Positions 9,820 to 18,161 of a DNA stretch of 64,000 nt are shown here, piece by piece (positions within the stretch are counted from its first letter, which is position 1; each line of letters starts with the position of its first letter). Position numbers and translations under genes: made by a program. Under the pieces are notes generated by a model that worked only from the letters and a program-made list of their open reading frames with translations, was not told the DNA's origin and searched no databases. This DNA is from Faecalimonas sp. Lineage in GTDB: Bacteria; Bacillota; Clostridia; Lachnospirales; Lachnospiraceae. The stretch is taken from positions 28,850 to 92,849 of the forward strand of contig JAZUCE010000015.1 in assembly GCA_045638905.1 (NCBI GenBank). The letters are read 5' to 3'.

Positions 9820-11895
9820 TTATTCTTCATTTGCTCGTTTTGCAATTTCTTTTTCCTGTACATCAGATGGCGCTTGTTCGTAGCGTACAAATTCGTAAGA
9901 ATAAGTTCCTCTACCGCCTGTCATAGAGCGAAGTACTGTACAATATCCAAACACACCTGTCATTGGGATATCTGCTTCCACAATCTGGTTTCCACCTGCA
10001 ACCGGTGTCATACCAAGTACACGGCCACGACGTTTGTTCAAATCACCCATTACATCACCTGTGTATTCATCCGGAACTGTTACTTTAATATTTGCAATAG
10101 GTTCCAAAAGCACAGGATTTGCCTGCATGAAGCCATCTTTAAATGCCTGAACAGTAGCCGTTTTAAATGCCATTTCTGAGGAGTCTACCGGATGGTAAGA
10201 ACCATCATATAATACAGCCTTAACACCAACTACCGGATATCCTGCCAACGGTCCTCTTACTACAGATTCCTGTAAACCTTTTTCTACAGCCGGGAAGTAG
10301 TTCTTTGGAACTGCACCACCAACTACGATTTGTTCAAATTCGTATGGTGTTTCCAAATCGCCTGAAGGTTCAAATGTCATCTTAACATGTCCATATTGTC
10401 CATGACCACCTGACTGTTTCTTATATTTCTTATCAACATCTGATTTCTTGCGAATTGTTTCGCGGAATGCAACCTTTGGAGTCTCCAAAGTCACGTCCAC
10501 CTTATAACGGCTTGCCAGTTTGCTGACAACGATTTCCAAGTGTTGGTCGCCCATACCATAGAGCAAGGACTGACGGTTTTCACTGTCATTAACAGCTTTT
10601 AAGGTTACGTCTTCTGCCATCATTTTTGCAAGAGCCTGCGAAACCTTGTCTTCATCACCTTTTGCCTTCACTACATATTTCATATATGTATACGGTGTAG
10701 AATATTCTGTCTTACCAAATAATACCTGTGTATTCTTTGTGGAAAGTGTATCGCCGGTCTTTGCTGCTGTTAATTTTGCAACTGCTCCGATATCACCTGC
10801 ATGAAGCTCAGATACTTCTACTGGTTTGTTACCAATCATTGTATATAATTTACCAAGCTTTTCTTCTGCATCTGCGTCAGTGTTATAAAGAACGTCATCT
10901 CCCTTTAATACACCGGAGCAAACCTTGATAAATGAATATTTACCGATGAATGGGTCAACCATTGTCTTGAATACATAAGCACTCTTAGATTTTGAAAAAT
11001 CATAGTTTGCTTCAAAGATTTCATTTGTCTTACGGTTAATACCTGCACAAGACTTTTTGTCCGGACTTGGGAAGAAACGAACGATATCTGATAAGAGGTT
11101 TGCAACACCTTGTGCTTCAATGTTAGAACCCATAGCAACCGGTACGATGCTTCCATCTGTTACAGACATACGCATTGCGGCACGAATCTCTTCTACAGAG
11201 AACTCTTCTCCCGCAAAATATCTATCCATGAAATCTTCACTTGTCTCAGCAACCGCTTCCATTAATGCGTCACGGCAGATTTGCAAGTTTGGTAAACAGT
11301 AATCCGGAATTTCACATTCTTCTCTCTGACCTACACCTGTATATCTTCTACCTGCATTCTTGATAACATTTACATAACCAACTAATTTTTCATTTTCACG
11401 AATCGGTTGGAAATGAGGTGCGATTTTCTTGCCGTACTTAGCTGTTAAATCTTCTACAACCTGGCGGAAGGATGCATCATCCACGTCCATCTCTGTTACA
11501 TATACCATTCTAGGTAATTTGTACTTGTCACAAAGTTCCCAAGCTTTTTCCGTACCTACTTCAACGCCTGCTTTACCGGAAACAACGATAACCGCTGCAT
11601 CAGCTGCGCTAACTGCCTCTTCTACTTCACCAACAAAGTCGAAATAACCCGGTGTGTCAAGCACGTTGATTTTCGCTTTTTCCCACTCAACAGGAATTAA
11701 ACTTGTGCTAATTGAAAATTCACGTTTCTGCTCCTCTTTATCAAAATCACTTACTGTGTTGTGATCAGCAATCTTTCCCATTCTGTTTGTTGCGCCAGAT
11801 ACGTATAACATAGCTTCAACCAAACTAGTCTTTCCACTTCCTCCGTGTCCTAATAGTACTACGTTTCTAATTTCGTCCGTTCTATAAACTTTCAT
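9820..11895 (-). CDS. fusA: Elongation factor G-like protein (stand-alone EF-G2 paralogue)
   Basis: DTPGYFDF, KKQSGGHGQYG, DGSYHPVDSSEMAF and GDLNKRRG motifs; not in the str operon; start MKVYRT at 11895. Confidence 0.93.
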   Translation of the reverse strand: MKVYRTDEIRNVVLLGHGGSGKTSLVEAMLYVSGATNRMGKIADHNTVSDFDKEEQKREFSISTSLIPVEWEKAKINVLDTPGYFDFVGEVEEAVSAADAAVIVVSGKAGVEVGTEKAWELCDKYKLPRMVYVTEMDVDDASFRQVVEDLTAKYGKKIAPHFQPIRENEKLVGYVNVIKNAGRRYTGVGQREECEIPDYCLPNLQICRDALMEAVAETSEDFMDRYFAGEEFSVEEIRAAMRMSVTDGSIVPVAMGSNIEAQGVANLLSDIVRFFPSPDKKSCAGINRKTNEIFEANYDFSKSKSAYVFKTMVDPFIGKYSFIKVCSGVLKGDDVLYNTDADAEEKLGKLYTMIGNKPVEVSELHAGDIGAVAKLTAAKTGDTLSTKNTQVLFGKTEYSTPYTYMKYVVKAKGDEDKVSQALAKMMAEDVTLKAVNDSENRQSLLYGMGDQHLEIVVSKLASRYKVDVTLETPKVAFRETIRKKSDVDKKYKKQSGGHGQYGHVKMTFEPSGDLETPYEFEQIVVGGAVPKNYFPAVEKGLQESVVRGPLAGYPVVGVKAVLYDGSYHPVDSSEMAFKTATVQAFKDGFMQANPVLLEPIANIKVTVPDEYTGDVMGDLNKRRGRVLGMTPVAGGNQIVEADIPMTGVFGYCTVLRSMTGGRGTYSYEFVRYEQAPSDVQEKEIAKRANEE

Positions 11896-11938
11896 AATTC
11901 TACTTTTGCCTCCTTGATTTGTAGTATCACATGTTGAT

Positions 11939-11967
11939 ATTGTACTAAAATATTTTGATTTTTTCAA
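11939..11967 (-). promoter_or_regulatory. Promoter of EF-G paralogue
   Basis: TTGAAA-17bp-TACAAT. Confidence 0.7.
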
Positions 11968-12028
11968 GCTTTTTATGAAATTTATACAACTTTTTATTTT
12001 GAGTTTTCTGAATTTTCAAACACTTTAC

Positions 12029-12200
12029 TTTTAGGCTAGGCTGACGGTCCCGGCGCCGTTTCCCCGGGTTTTTAGGCTAGACTGACGGTCTCGGCGCCGT
12101 TTTCCCTGGTTTTTAGGCTGGGCTGACGGTCCCGGCGCCGTTTCACCTGGTTTTTAGGCTAGGCTGACGGTCCCGGCGCCGTTTTCCCTGGTTTTTAGGC
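12029..12200. repeat. GC-rich tandem array: 4 x 41 bp plus a partial fifth unit
   Basis: Units start at 12032, 12073, 12114 and 12155 (partial at 12196); consensus taggctaggctgacggtcccggcgccgttttccctggtttt; units 1-3 differ from unit 4 at 2-3 positions. Confidence 0.97.
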
Positions 12201-12354
12201 GTATAGAAAAAAACCTCCAAAAAACTAACCAAATTTTATACAAAACAAAGCTTTTCATGATATTTTTGTTCGTATACAGAAAAATCAAGCTTTTACTAAC
12301 CAAAAACTTTTAAAGTTTGGTAGAATTTTACCCAATTATTTCGTATACGAACAA
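12200..12354. repeat. Degenerate 71-bp-periodic segment with palindromes
   Basis: cgtata at 12200, 12271 and 12342; actaaccaaa at 12224 and 12295; inverted repeat 12266-12277/12343-12354; palindrome ttcgtatacgaa at 12340-12351. Confidence 0.7.
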
Positions 12355-12409
12355 TTTGATTATTTTAGATGATTTCCCATATCTTTTCTCCACTACAATT
12401 TAGCATGTC

Positions 12410-13192
12410 TCATGAAAGAAAATAGTCTTTTACTATCTTCTCTACTTGCTCGATATTCAGCGGATATTCTTTTGTTTCATATGTGGTAATTAATTGAATG
12501 GTAGGTATAATACCATGTGAAGTATAAGTTTGAAGTTTGGAATATGCTTTTTTACTATAGTCCGCATCATCCATAAGACCAAAATGTTCCCAATAGAATA
12601 TTTTTCCCGTCTTGGGATGCCGAATTGTAAAATCCGGATAAAAAACAGTTTCGCCAAATCTCAAAGCACATTCATAACGGAAAGGGATTTTGTTTTGATA
12701 AAGAATCATATCAATCATTTGTTCTGATTTTGACCTTACATTAGCTCCAGAAATAGCTTTGTGCTTTAATGTTTCAGGATGATGATTATTTTTTTCATAA
12801 GGTGATGTAGCCCAATCGGATAGTTCTTTTGAAATTGATTTGAAATACGGAGAAAGCAATTCGTTATATTCGGGTGAAGTTAGAAGCTCGATTTCTTTTG
12901 AAGTTGCATCCTCGTCGTGATGCCTTAGATAATAGTTAATTGCATTTTTTTCACGTTGAAAATTGTGTAACTGAAGTGTCAAATACTTTTTAAGAGCAAG
13001 TTGTTCCGCAAGTTTTCTTTGTGCCTTGGGAATATATGTCTGTTCTTGCCCATTACTCAAAAACCATTTTATATATTTGCCCGTATGCGTACAATATAAT
13101 TTCCCTTCGGGCAAATTTTCAAGTTGTTTCTCAATAAGATGGATCTTCTGCTCTATGCTTTTATACGCTTTAATCATGTATGTATATGTCAT
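12410..13192 (-). CDS. Hypothetical protein, 260 aa: N-terminal coiled coil plus C-terminal putative PD-(D/E)XK/Vsr-like endonuclease domain
   Basis: GGAGGG RBS before ATG 13192; RSKSE...FRYE...YPDF...YWEHFG motif order. Confidence 0.75.
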   Translation of the reverse strand: MTYTYMIKAYKSIEQKIHLIEKQLENLPEGKLYCTHTGKYIKWFLSNGQEQTYIPKAQRKLAEQLALKKYLTLQLHNFQREKNAINYYLRHHDEDATSKEIELLTSPEYNELLSPYFKSISKELSDWATSPYEKNNHHPETLKHKAISGANVRSKSEQMIDMILYQNKIPFRYECALRFGETVFYPDFTIRHPKTGKIFYWEHFGLMDDADYSKKAYSKLQTYTSHGIIPTIQLITTYETKEYPLNIEQVEKIVKDYFLS

Positions 13193-13240
13193 TTTTTCCC
13201 TCCTTTGTAAAATACTTTCGCGCTTTAAAGTAACATAGTG

Positions 13241-13269
13241 TTGACTTTTTCTATGTGAAGTAGTAAAAT
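13241..13269 (+). promoter_or_regulatory. tyrA promoter
   Basis: TTGACT-17bp-TAAAAT. Confidence 0.7.
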
Positions 13270-13347
13270 TCAGTTTAATCAAGTACCACAACATAAGTGG
13301 ATGACGCACCTCCATTTGGTGCACCAAGAAAGACGAGGATATTAATC

Positions 13348-14448
13348 ATGAATAGCAAGAACAAAATCGGTTTCATAGGACTTGGACTCATCGGTGGATC
13401 CATCGCAAAAGCAATTCGCCAATACTACCCTGACTATGAAATCGTTGCATTTGATAAAAGTAAAGAAACTCTAGCTCTCGCCACACAGGAATCTGTGATT
13501 GATGTTGCTTGCACCACAATTGACGATAACTTCGATAACTGTAGCTACATTTTCCTATGTGCACCAGTGTCTTATAACACTGCTTATCTGAAACAGTTAA
13601 AATCTCATCTAAATGAAAATTGTATTTTAACAGATGTGGGGAGTGTAAAAACCTCCATCCACAAAGAAGTGATTGCACTTGGAATAGAAGAAAATTTTAT
13701 CGGCGGACACCCAATGGCCGGCTCAGAGAAGTCTGGTTTTGTGAATTCCAAGGCGATGTTAATTGAAAATGCTTATTATATCATCACTCCAACAGATAAA
13801 GTTGCAAAAGAAAAGGTTGATAATTATGTCGCCTTTGTGGAATCATTAAAAGCAATACCTGTTGTTCTTGGATACGAGGAACATGATTACATTACCGGTG
13901 CTATCAGTCATTTACCACACATTATTGCTTCTGCCCTCGTAAACTTTGTCAAAGAGAAAGACGGCAAGGAAGAACTCATGAAACAATTGGCAGCCGGCGG
14001 ATTCAAGGATATTACACGAATTGCTTCCTCTTCGCCTACCATGTGGCAACATATTTGTCTAAAAAACAAAGACAACATCGTACAGGTATTGGATGAATAC
14101 ATTGCGCTTTTAGAAGACGCAAAATCTTCTATTATATCTGGGGCTGAACAAGATATTTATCAGTTCTTTGAATCATCTAAAAACTACCGCAACTCCATTC
14201 CAGGCGGTTCATCCGGACCAATCAAGCGTATGTTTGCGGTATACTGTGATATCATCGACGAGGCCGGTGGAATTGCAACTATTGCCACTATCCTAGCTGC
14301 TAACAATATTAACTTAAAAAACATTGGGATTATTCACAATCGCGAATTTGAAGAAGGTGTGCTCCGCATTGAATTTTACGATGAAGCATCCTCAAAGAAA
14401 GCTGCTGAGTTGTTGCAGAAATATCGCTATGTGGTGTATGAAAGATAA
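13348..14448 (+). CDS. tyrA: Prephenate dehydrogenase with C-terminal ACT domain
   Basis: GLGLIGGS, DVGSVK, GGHPMAGSE, SHLPH and GFKDITRIA motifs; GAGG RBS before ATG 13348. Confidence 0.96.
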   Translation: MNSKNKIGFIGLGLIGGSIAKAIRQYYPDYEIVAFDKSKETLALATQESVIDVACTTIDDNFDNCSYIFLCAPVSYNTAYLKQLKSHLNENCILTDVGSVKTSIHKEVIALGIEENFIGGHPMAGSEKSGFVNSKAMLIENAYYIITPTDKVAKEKVDNYVAFVESLKAIPVVLGYEEHDYITGAISHLPHIIASALVNFVKEKDGKEELMKQLAAGGFKDITRIASSSPTMWQHICLKNKDNIVQVLDEYIALLEDAKSSIISGAEQDIYQFFESSKNYRNSIPGGSSGPIKRMFAVYCDIIDEAGGIATIATILAANNINLKNIGIIHNREFEEGVLRIEFYDEASSKKAAELLQKYRYVVYER

Positions 14449-14457
14449 GAAATAGTA

Positions 14458-14492
14458 GACGTGATAAAGATGCTTTATTACGTCCTTTTTTC
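14458..14492 (+). terminator. Rho-independent terminator after tyrA
   Basis: gacgtgataaag/ctttattacgtc stem followed by a T-tract. Confidence 0.8.
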
Positions 14493-14505
14493 TTTTTAGT
14501 TTTTG

Positions 14506-14955
14506 TTAATAAATTCTATTCTCTTTTAATTTCAAATATATATACACAATCAAAATTCCCGTTGCAGCCCCAGCACTATCAATCAACACATCCAGCCCTC
14601 TTCCGGCGCGTCCACTGATAAATAATTGCAAAGTCTCATCCAAGGATGCAACAAGAACGCAATATCCCAGTCCAACAATCACTTTATGCACAAGTTTAAT
14701 ATATTTCAATGCAATAGAACTCAATACACCCAAAATCATAAATTCAGTAAAATGAGCACCTTTTCGGAGAATCAGATGAAACATCTCCAACTTTTCCGGG
14801 CTCTCCAACACACTTGGCATAAAGAAACCAAGAAACGTCTCTAGTATGGAACCGCTCAAATCACCGGATTGCTCTCCCGATTGCAGCGAAAACGTGTATA
14901 TGACTGCCGTCCATATTACTGTAAGGGTAATAAAAATCCATTTTCTCTTCTTCAT
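14506..14955 (-). CDS. VanZ family membrane protein
   Basis: FSLQ..S..LS, RKGAHFTEF, DETLQ...GRAG..DVLID motifs; ATGA overlap with upstream gene. Confidence 0.9.
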   Translation of the reverse strand: MKKRKWIFITLTVIWTAVIYTFSLQSGEQSGDLSGSILETFLGFFMPSVLESPEKLEMFHLILRKGAHFTEFMILGVLSSIALKYIKLVHKVIVGLGYCVLVASLDETLQLFISGRAGRGLDVLIDSAGAATGILIVYIYLKLKENRIY

Positions 14956-15488
14956 TTCCTTCCCCTCCAAACATACCACAATCCATACCCAATTAACGCA
15001 CCAAGCACATTGTGGAACACGTCATCAAACTCAAACAATCCCAGTTTTAGTACCAGCTGTGTTGTTTCAATCGCCAGCGAAAGTCCTGCAGCACTCAAGA
15101 GAGTCGCTCGAAGCTTGCGCCCAACACGTACTATCTCCGGGAGCAGTATCCCCCATGGAATAAACACCAGCAGATTATAAGACACTTGAATGGCCATATG
15201 TTTACTCCATTCCGTGAGCAAATTATAATAAGACCAAAATGGTATGAGTTCAATCTGATACTCTTCCCCAATGCTTCTATTCAACAATGTTCCGCCTAGC
15301 AAAAACACCAAATAAATGGACAAAGCCAGTCCGCAAAGGATTTCTTTCTTAGAAACACTTTGCCCCTGGCTCTTTTTATATTTTGATACCCCAAACAGAT
15401 ATCCACAGAAAATCACAAGACCGATAGCTAGCCCCACACCATAATGAAAAGTCATATAACTGTCAATAAAACTTTTCCAATATTGCAT
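14952..15488 (-). CDS. VanZ family membrane protein
   Basis: LIPFWSY, NLLVFIPWG, IETTQL...GLFEFDDVFHNVLG motifs; start uncertain (15488 or 15530). Confidence 0.88.
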   Translation of the reverse strand: MQYWKSFIDSYMTFHYGVGLAIGLVIFCGYLFGVSKYKKSQGQSVSKKEILCGLALSIYLVFLLGGTLLNRSIGEEYQIELIPFWSYYNLLTEWSKHMAIQVSYNLLVFIPWGILLPEIVRVGRKLRATLLSAAGLSLAIETTQLVLKLGLFEFDDVFHNVLGALIGYGLWYVWRGRK

Positions 15489-15514
15489 ACTATGCCATCC
15501 GCTCCTCTCATTTT

Positions 15515-16699
15515 CTAATATTTTCTCCAAACCATCTTATCAACCACGCCTGTGTAGCTTTGGATAATCTTCACAACCTTTGATGAAACATTCTCATCCG
15601 TATAATTCGGTACAGGAATACCATAATCTCCATCCAAGTTCATACCCACTGCTGTATCTACCGCCTGTAATAGCGACTTCTCATCGATTCCTGCAAGCAC
15701 AAAGCAAGCCTTATCCAATGCTTCCGGTCTCTCAGTTGAAGTACGAATACATACTGCCGGGAACGGATGTCCAACTGAAGTAAAGAAACTAGATTCCTCC
15801 GGCAAAGTACCGCTGTCAGAAACAACAGCAAACGCATTCATCTGCAGGCAGTTATAATCATGGAATCCGAGTGGCTCATGCTGAATCACACGTGCATCCA
15901 ACGAAAAGTCACTCTCTGCAAGACGTTTCTTGGAACGTGGGTGACAAGAATATAAAATCGGCATATCGTATTTCTCTGCCATCTTATTAATAGCATTGAA
16001 CAAAGACAAGAAATTCTTTTCTGTATCAATATTTTCTTCTCGATGTGCGGAAAGCAAAATGTACTTTCCTTTTTCTAAACCTAATCTCGCATGAATGTCA
16101 GAACCTTCGATCTCAGCCAGATTCTCATGTAATACCTCTGCCATCGGACTACCCGTTACGTAAGTACGTTCCTTCGGCAAACCACACTCTGCCAGATAAC
16201 GACGTGCGTGCTCTGAATACGCCAAGTTTACATCCGATATAATATCTACAATACGTCTGTTTGTCTCCTCCGGCAAACACTCATCCTTGCAACGATTTCC
16301 CGCTTCCATATGGAAAATCGGAATGTGCAGACGCTTTGCAGCAATGGCCGAAAGACAACTGTTTGTATCACCAAGAATCAATAACGCATCTGGTTTGATT
16401 TGATTCATCAACTTATAACTACAATTAATAATATTACCAACAGTAGCTCCAAGGTCATCACCAACCGCATCCATATACACTTCCGGTGCATCCAATTTCA
16501 AATCATGGAAGAATACACCATTTAAGTTATAATCATAGTTTTGCCCGGTATGCGCCAAAATAGTATCAAAATATTTACGACATTTCTTAATCACTGCAGC
16601 CAGACGGATAATCTCCGGTCTGGTTCCCACAATAATCAAAAGCTTTAATTTCCCGTTATCCTTAAAACTCACATCTGAATAATCTAATTTAATCTCCAT
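15515..16699 (-). CDS. wecB: UDP-N-acetylhexosamine 2-epimerase, non-hydrolysing (CapG/FnlC/WbjD type)
   Basis: GTRPEIIRL, HTGQNYD, GDTNS, HMEAGNR and SDSGTLPEE motifs; follows capF. Confidence 0.95.
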   Translation of the reverse strand: MEIKLDYSDVSFKDNGKLKLLIIVGTRPEIIRLAAVIKKCRKYFDTILAHTGQNYDYNLNGVFFHDLKLDAPEVYMDAVGDDLGATVGNIINCSYKLMNQIKPDALLILGDTNSCLSAIAAKRLHIPIFHMEAGNRCKDECLPEETNRRIVDIISDVNLAYSEHARRYLAECGLPKERTYVTGSPMAEVLHENLAEIEGSDIHARLGLEKGKYILLSAHREENIDTEKNFLSLFNAINKMAEKYDMPILYSCHPRSKKRLAESDFSLDARVIQHEPLGFHDYNCLQMNAFAVVSDSGTLPEESSFFTSVGHPFPAVCIRTSTERPEALDKACFVLAGIDEKSLLQAVDTAVGMNLDGDYGIPVPNYTDENVSSKVVKIIQSYTGVVDKMVWRKY

Positions 16700-16708
16700 C
16701 TTGCACCT

Positions 16709-17863
16709 CTATTCTACAATCTCGAAAAACGTATCCGGTTTCTCAGGATTGAAATTCTCGTTTGCCCACATTACAGTTACCAAGTCCTCCGTATCCGACA
16801 AGTTGATAATGTTATGTGTATATCCCGGCAACATATGCACTGCTTCTATTTTGTCACCACTTACTTCAAAATTCAGAACCTCATCTGTTCCGACTTTTCG
16901 CTGTTGAATCAGTCCATGACCGGCTACCACAATGAAGAACTCCCACTTGGTATGGTGCCAGTGCTGCCCTTTTGTAATCCCAGGCTTGGAAATATTCACA
17001 CTCACCTGTCCGCATTTCTCAGTCTTCAACAGTTCTGTGAAACTACCACGCGCATCCACATTCATCTTTAATGGGAATGCAACCTTTTCCCTTGGTAAAT
17101 AGGACAAGTATGTTGAATACAATTTCTTTGCAAAGGAATTGTCCGGAATCTCCGGAATCACCAATCCCTGTGGCTGTTTTGCAAAAGTATAGATTAAATC
17201 TACAATCTCTCCCAAGGTAATCTTGTGTTCTACTGGAACATAGCAATAACCGTCTTCTTTCAAATTGGCTTTGCCACTTAAAGCCGCTATCAATTCTGCA
17301 ACCACATCATCAATATACACCAAGGTCATCATAACAGACGGGTCATTGACTGTAATTGGCAAATCATTTGCAATATTATTACAGAAGGTTGCGACTGCAC
17401 TGTTGTAATTCGGTCTGCACCATTTTCCAAATACATTTGGAAAACGATAAACAAATACATCTGCCCCCGTTTCCTTGCCATAGGCAAACATCAAATCTTC
17501 TCCGGCTTTCTTGCTTTCGCCGTATGGATTGCTAAGTGCCGCCTGGATAGACGAAGAAATCATAATCGGACAATTGTTGTTGTGTTTCTTCAAACTCTCC
17601 AGCAAGGTAGAGGTAAATCCAAAATTCCCCTCCATAAACTCCTTCGGGTCTTGCGGACGGTTCACCCCTGCCAGATGAAATACAAAGTCTGCATTCTTAG
17701 AGTACACATCCAGGAGTGCCGGGTCTGTATCAATGTCATACTCATAGATGGTAATATCCGTATCCATTCCAAAGGAACGGTCCTTTCCATCTGCAATGTT
17801 ATGTAATGTTGCTATTAAGTTTTTGCCAATGAAGCCCTTGGCTCCGGTGATTAGGATGTTCAT
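16709..17863 (-). CDS. fnlB: CapF/FnlB UDP-2-acetamido-2,6-dideoxy-hexulose reductase (SDR plus cupin)
   Basis: TGAKGFIG, YGESK, PNVFGKWCRPNYNS; cupin motif KGQHWHHTKWE. Confidence 0.93.
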   Translation of the reverse strand: MNILITGAKGFIGKNLIATLHNIADGKDRSFGMDTDITIYEYDIDTDPALLDVYSKNADFVFHLAGVNRPQDPKEFMEGNFGFTSTLLESLKKHNNNCPIMISSSIQAALSNPYGESKKAGEDLMFAYGKETGADVFVYRFPNVFGKWCRPNYNSAVATFCNNIANDLPITVNDPSVMMTLVYIDDVVAELIAALSGKANLKEDGYCYVPVEHKITLGEIVDLIYTFAKQPQGLVIPEIPDNSFAKKLYSTYLSYLPREKVAFPLKMNVDARGSFTELLKTEKCGQVSVNISKPGITKGQHWHHTKWEFFIVVAGHGLIQQRKVGTDEVLNFEVSGDKIEAVHMLPGYTHNIINLSDTEDLVTVMWANENFNPEKPDTFFEIVE

Positions 17864-17908
17864 GATTATATTTCCTTTTATATTTCTTTCGTTTTGTCAG
17901 CTAATACT

Positions 17909-17937
17909 ATTTTATATGAAATAATATATTAAGGCAA
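17909..17937 (-). promoter_or_regulatory. Promoter for fnlB-wecB-vanZ-vanZ
   Basis: TTGCCT-17bp-TAAAAT. Confidence 0.6.
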
Positions 17938-18161
17938 TTAAATATTGCAAGCAACCGAAGTTACTCGCCATATATACTGAATGAAATAAGCCTTGCGTAA
18001 ATCTTGTTTTTTATCTAATTCCGTGTTATTCTTATCACACGCAACATCAAGCATAAATCCTATATGCTTATTGCTTTCTACTTGGTCTAACCTGTCCGGC
18101 AAATCGCCAATATTCCAAGTATCTTTTTATTATCAATATTTTACAAAGGAGGTTTTTGCCT

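Noticed and set aside
12029-12200. 41-bp array as a CRISPR array
   Set aside because: Units are contiguous and near-identical with no unique spacers, and there are no cas genes in the window.
11966-12265. 16/18 direct repeat (11966-11983 vs 12248-12265) as a target-site duplication
   Set aside because: AT-rich, overlaps the EF-G2 -35 box and does not enclose the nuclease gene; plausibly chance.
9719-13347. Longer ORF-track starts for trkA (9796), EF-G (11967), the nuclease (13327) and tyrA (13297)
   Set aside because: The extensions run through promoters or overlap divergent genes; the downstream ATGs have RBSs and family-typical N-termini.
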